From Lama guanicoe (taxonomy: Eukaryota), in assembly GCA_013239625.1 (NCBI GenBank), contig MU053365.1, positions 124,001 through 188,000 of the forward strand: a DNA stretch of 64,000 nucleotides, read 5' to 3'. This document shows positions 61,380 through 64,000 of the stretch, piece after piece (the stretch's first letter is position 1; each line of letters begins with the position of its first letter). The notes beneath the pieces were generated by a model. The model was not told the DNA's origin and did not search any database. It saw only the letters and a program-made list of their open reading frames with translations. The translations under genes and the position numbers were made by a program.

Positions 61380-64000
61380 TTAACGTTTTACCTTTTGGAG
61401 AATGTCTTATAAATGGATGATACTTTTAAAATTCATCCACAATGCCTGTAAGATTCATCCGAGTTAGTGCCTGTATCAGCAGTTGATTCCTTTCTCTAGC
61501 TGTGTAGTATTCCACCATATGGATGTACTGCAATTCATCTTTTCACCTGCTGAGAGAGATTTGGATTGTTTCCAACTTGAGACTTATGACTAAAGCTGCT
61601 TTAAACATCAATATACATATTTCTGTATGGGCTTAAATTTTAATCTCCCTGGGAAAAATGCCCTAGAGTGCTATAGGTGGGTCGTATGATTAGTGCATAT
61701 TTGACTTTATTTTTAAAAAGCTTCCAAACTGTTTTCCAGAGTGGCTGTACCATTTTGAATTCCCTCTAACAATGTGGAAGAGATCCAGTTGCTCAGTGTG
61801 CTCATCAATACTTCATTTGTCAGTATTTTTTCTTTTTGACATTCTTACAAGTATGTAGTGATAGCTCACTGTGGTTTTCACTTTCATCCCTGATGGCTAG
61901 TGATGCTGAACATCTTTTCGTGTACATATTACATATTTGTCATCCATATATCCTCTTTGGGGAAGTGTCTAGTCAGGAATTTCACCCATTTTGTAATTGA
62001 CTTACTTGTTTTCTTATTGTTGAGTTTCTTCATATGTTCTCAGTAGAAGTCCTTTATCAGGTATGTGATTTGAAAAATATTTTCCCCAGTCTTTAGATTG
62101 TCTTTTCATTTTCTTACAGTGTCTTTTGCATAGCAAAATTTTTCATTTTTGATGAAGTCCAATTTATGAATTTTTCCTTTTATGGTGTCATGCCCAAGAA
62201 CTCACTACCTAACTTCAGGTTACAGAAAAATTTTCCCCGTGTTTTCTTCTAAATATTTTATAGTGTTATGTTTTACATTTAGATTGATGCTCCCTCCACT
62301 TAATCTTTTAAATAATGTGTGAGGCTAACGAGAGTGAGATTTTTAGACTTTATGGAGATGGGTGGGGGCGAGTTGTTGGTTTTGTTTTGCTTCCCTATAC
62401 ATGTCCAAATTTCCAATACCATTTGTTGAAATGACTATCTTTCCTCTGTCAAAAATCAATTGGACATATTTGTGAGGGTCATTTTCTGGACTCTCTGCAG
62501 GCCCATTGATCCCTGTGTCTATCCCTCTGCCAATACCACACTGTCTTGATTACTGTAGCTATAGAGTAAGTTGTAAAATTGGGTTAGTGTGAGTCTTCCA
62601 GCTTTATCCTTTCAAAATTGTTCTGGCTATTCTAGTTCCTTTTCCTTTTCACATATATTCTAGAATCAGCTTGTCTATATGTACAAAAATTCTGCTGAGA
62701 TTTTTATTGGAATTGCATTAAATCTGGAAAATAATTTTGGGAGAATTGACGTTGTTAGTGTGCTGAGTCTTTCTGTCCACAAACAATTTGTTTCTCTGTC
62801 TATTTAGGTTGTCTTTTATTTTTTCCTATTGGTGTTTTATAATTTTCAGCATATAATCCTATACATGCTTTATCAGATTTATAACTAAGTGTTTCATTTT
62901 TAGCTATTATAAATGGCGTATTTTAAAATCTTTTGTTCCTAAATATTCATTGCTAGTATGTAGAAATATGGTGGATTTTTGTGTGTTGACCTTGCATCCT
63001 GTGCCTTTGATGAGCTCACAAGTTCTGCGAGGCTTTTTGGTACGTTCCTCAGGATTTTCTAAACAAGCGATCATGTCTTCTGCAAATAGTGACAATTTTA
63101 ATCTTTCTTTTTCAGTCTGCATGTACTTTTAGTTCCTTTTCTTTCTTTATTGCACTAAAGCTTTCAGTATGATGTTGGCTAGGAGGAGTGAAAGCAGACA
63201 TTCTTGCCTTATTCCCATTCTTAAGGGGAAAGAGTTCAGTCTGTCACAACTGTGTGATGTTAACTCTAAGTATTTTTGTATATGCCCTTTATCAGTTGGG
63301 GAAGTTTTTATCACAAATGTATATTGGAGTTTGTCAAAAGGTTCCTTTGCACGTATTAAAAGGACTGTGTGTTTTTTTCTTCTTTAAGCTGTTAATATTG
63401 TGATTATATCCAGTGATTATTGAATATTGAACCAAGCTTGCAATTCCAGGATAAATCCCACTTGGTTGCAATATTATCATTTTTACATATTGCTGAATTT
63501 GATTTGCTAATATTTTGTCAAGAAACTGTGCAATTATGAAGAATATTGGTCTTTTCTTTTCTTGTAAATTACTTTATCTGATTTTATTATTATGGTAATG
63601 ATAGCTTCATAAAATGAGTTGGGAAGCATTCCCATCTCTTCTAATTTTGGGAAGAGATTATATAAAATGGATTTTGTTCTTCTATAAATATTTGGTAGAA
63701 TTCACTAATAAATTCATCTAGGAGTACTGATTTCTTTGGGGGAAGTTTTTAAATTACAGATTCAATTTCTTTCATAGATACAGAGATATTTTGATGACAT
63801 ATTTCATATTTGATGAGTTTTGGTAGATTGTGTTTTTCAAGGAATTGGTCCCTCTCATCTAAGTTGTTGAATATATGTACATAGAGTTGTTCATTCAATT
63901 CCCTTATTGTGCTTTTATTGTTTATAGGTCTGTAAAGACAGCCACCATTTTATTCCTGATATTGATAATATGTCTTTTCGCTTTCATTGTATGTCTTATT
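61380..64000 (-). mobile_element. Old L1M (L1MC/MD-like) ORF2 and 3' region, running off the window end
   Basis: Minus ORF 62907-63122 KLSLFAEDMIACLENP is the L1 RT FADD region; antisense hallmarks ccaataccacactgtcttgattactgtagct and caaactgttttccagagtggctgtaccatttt. Confidence 0.9.

Noticed and set aside
1..64000. CRISPR arrays, operons, prokaryotic defence or other novel multi-gene systems
   Set aside because: No regularly spaced direct repeats or gene-dense coding structure; the sequence is repeat-rich mammalian non-coding DNA

Overview
Mammalian genomic DNA, most likely camelid (Camelus/Vicugna/Lama): it carries four tRNA-Ala(AGC)-derived SINEs of the camelid Vic-1 type and a well-preserved L1 3' end of the type I associate with camelids. 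It is not prokaryotic, and I see no operons, CRISPR arrays, rRNA or credible functional tRNA genes. I cannot support any protein-coding gene; the ORF track is explained by GC-rich chance ORFs, low-complexity DNA and decayed L1 ORF1/ORF2. A large part of the window is interspersed repeat (L2, MIR, L1M, MaLR/ERVL solo LTRs, hAT MITEs, two CR1/L3 RT relics), and several nested insertions still show readable target-site duplications. Between the repeats are several repeat-free, AT-rich blocks dense in homeodomain/POU/Fox/Sox/RFX/MEF2-type motifs that look like conserved non-coding enhancers. There are also small CpG-rich patches, one next to a 141-N assembly gap. The best reading is a large intron or gene desert in the regulatory landscape of an unidentified, probably developmental, gene. 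I found no convincing previously undescribed biological system. The best leads are the enhancer-like blocks, an in-frame ancient CR1 RT relic, a SINE-interrupted MER53 hairpin and a CpG/CTCF/E-box/AT-hairpin module. Repeat subfamily names come from recalled consensus sequences, not from a database search, and most boundaries are approximate.
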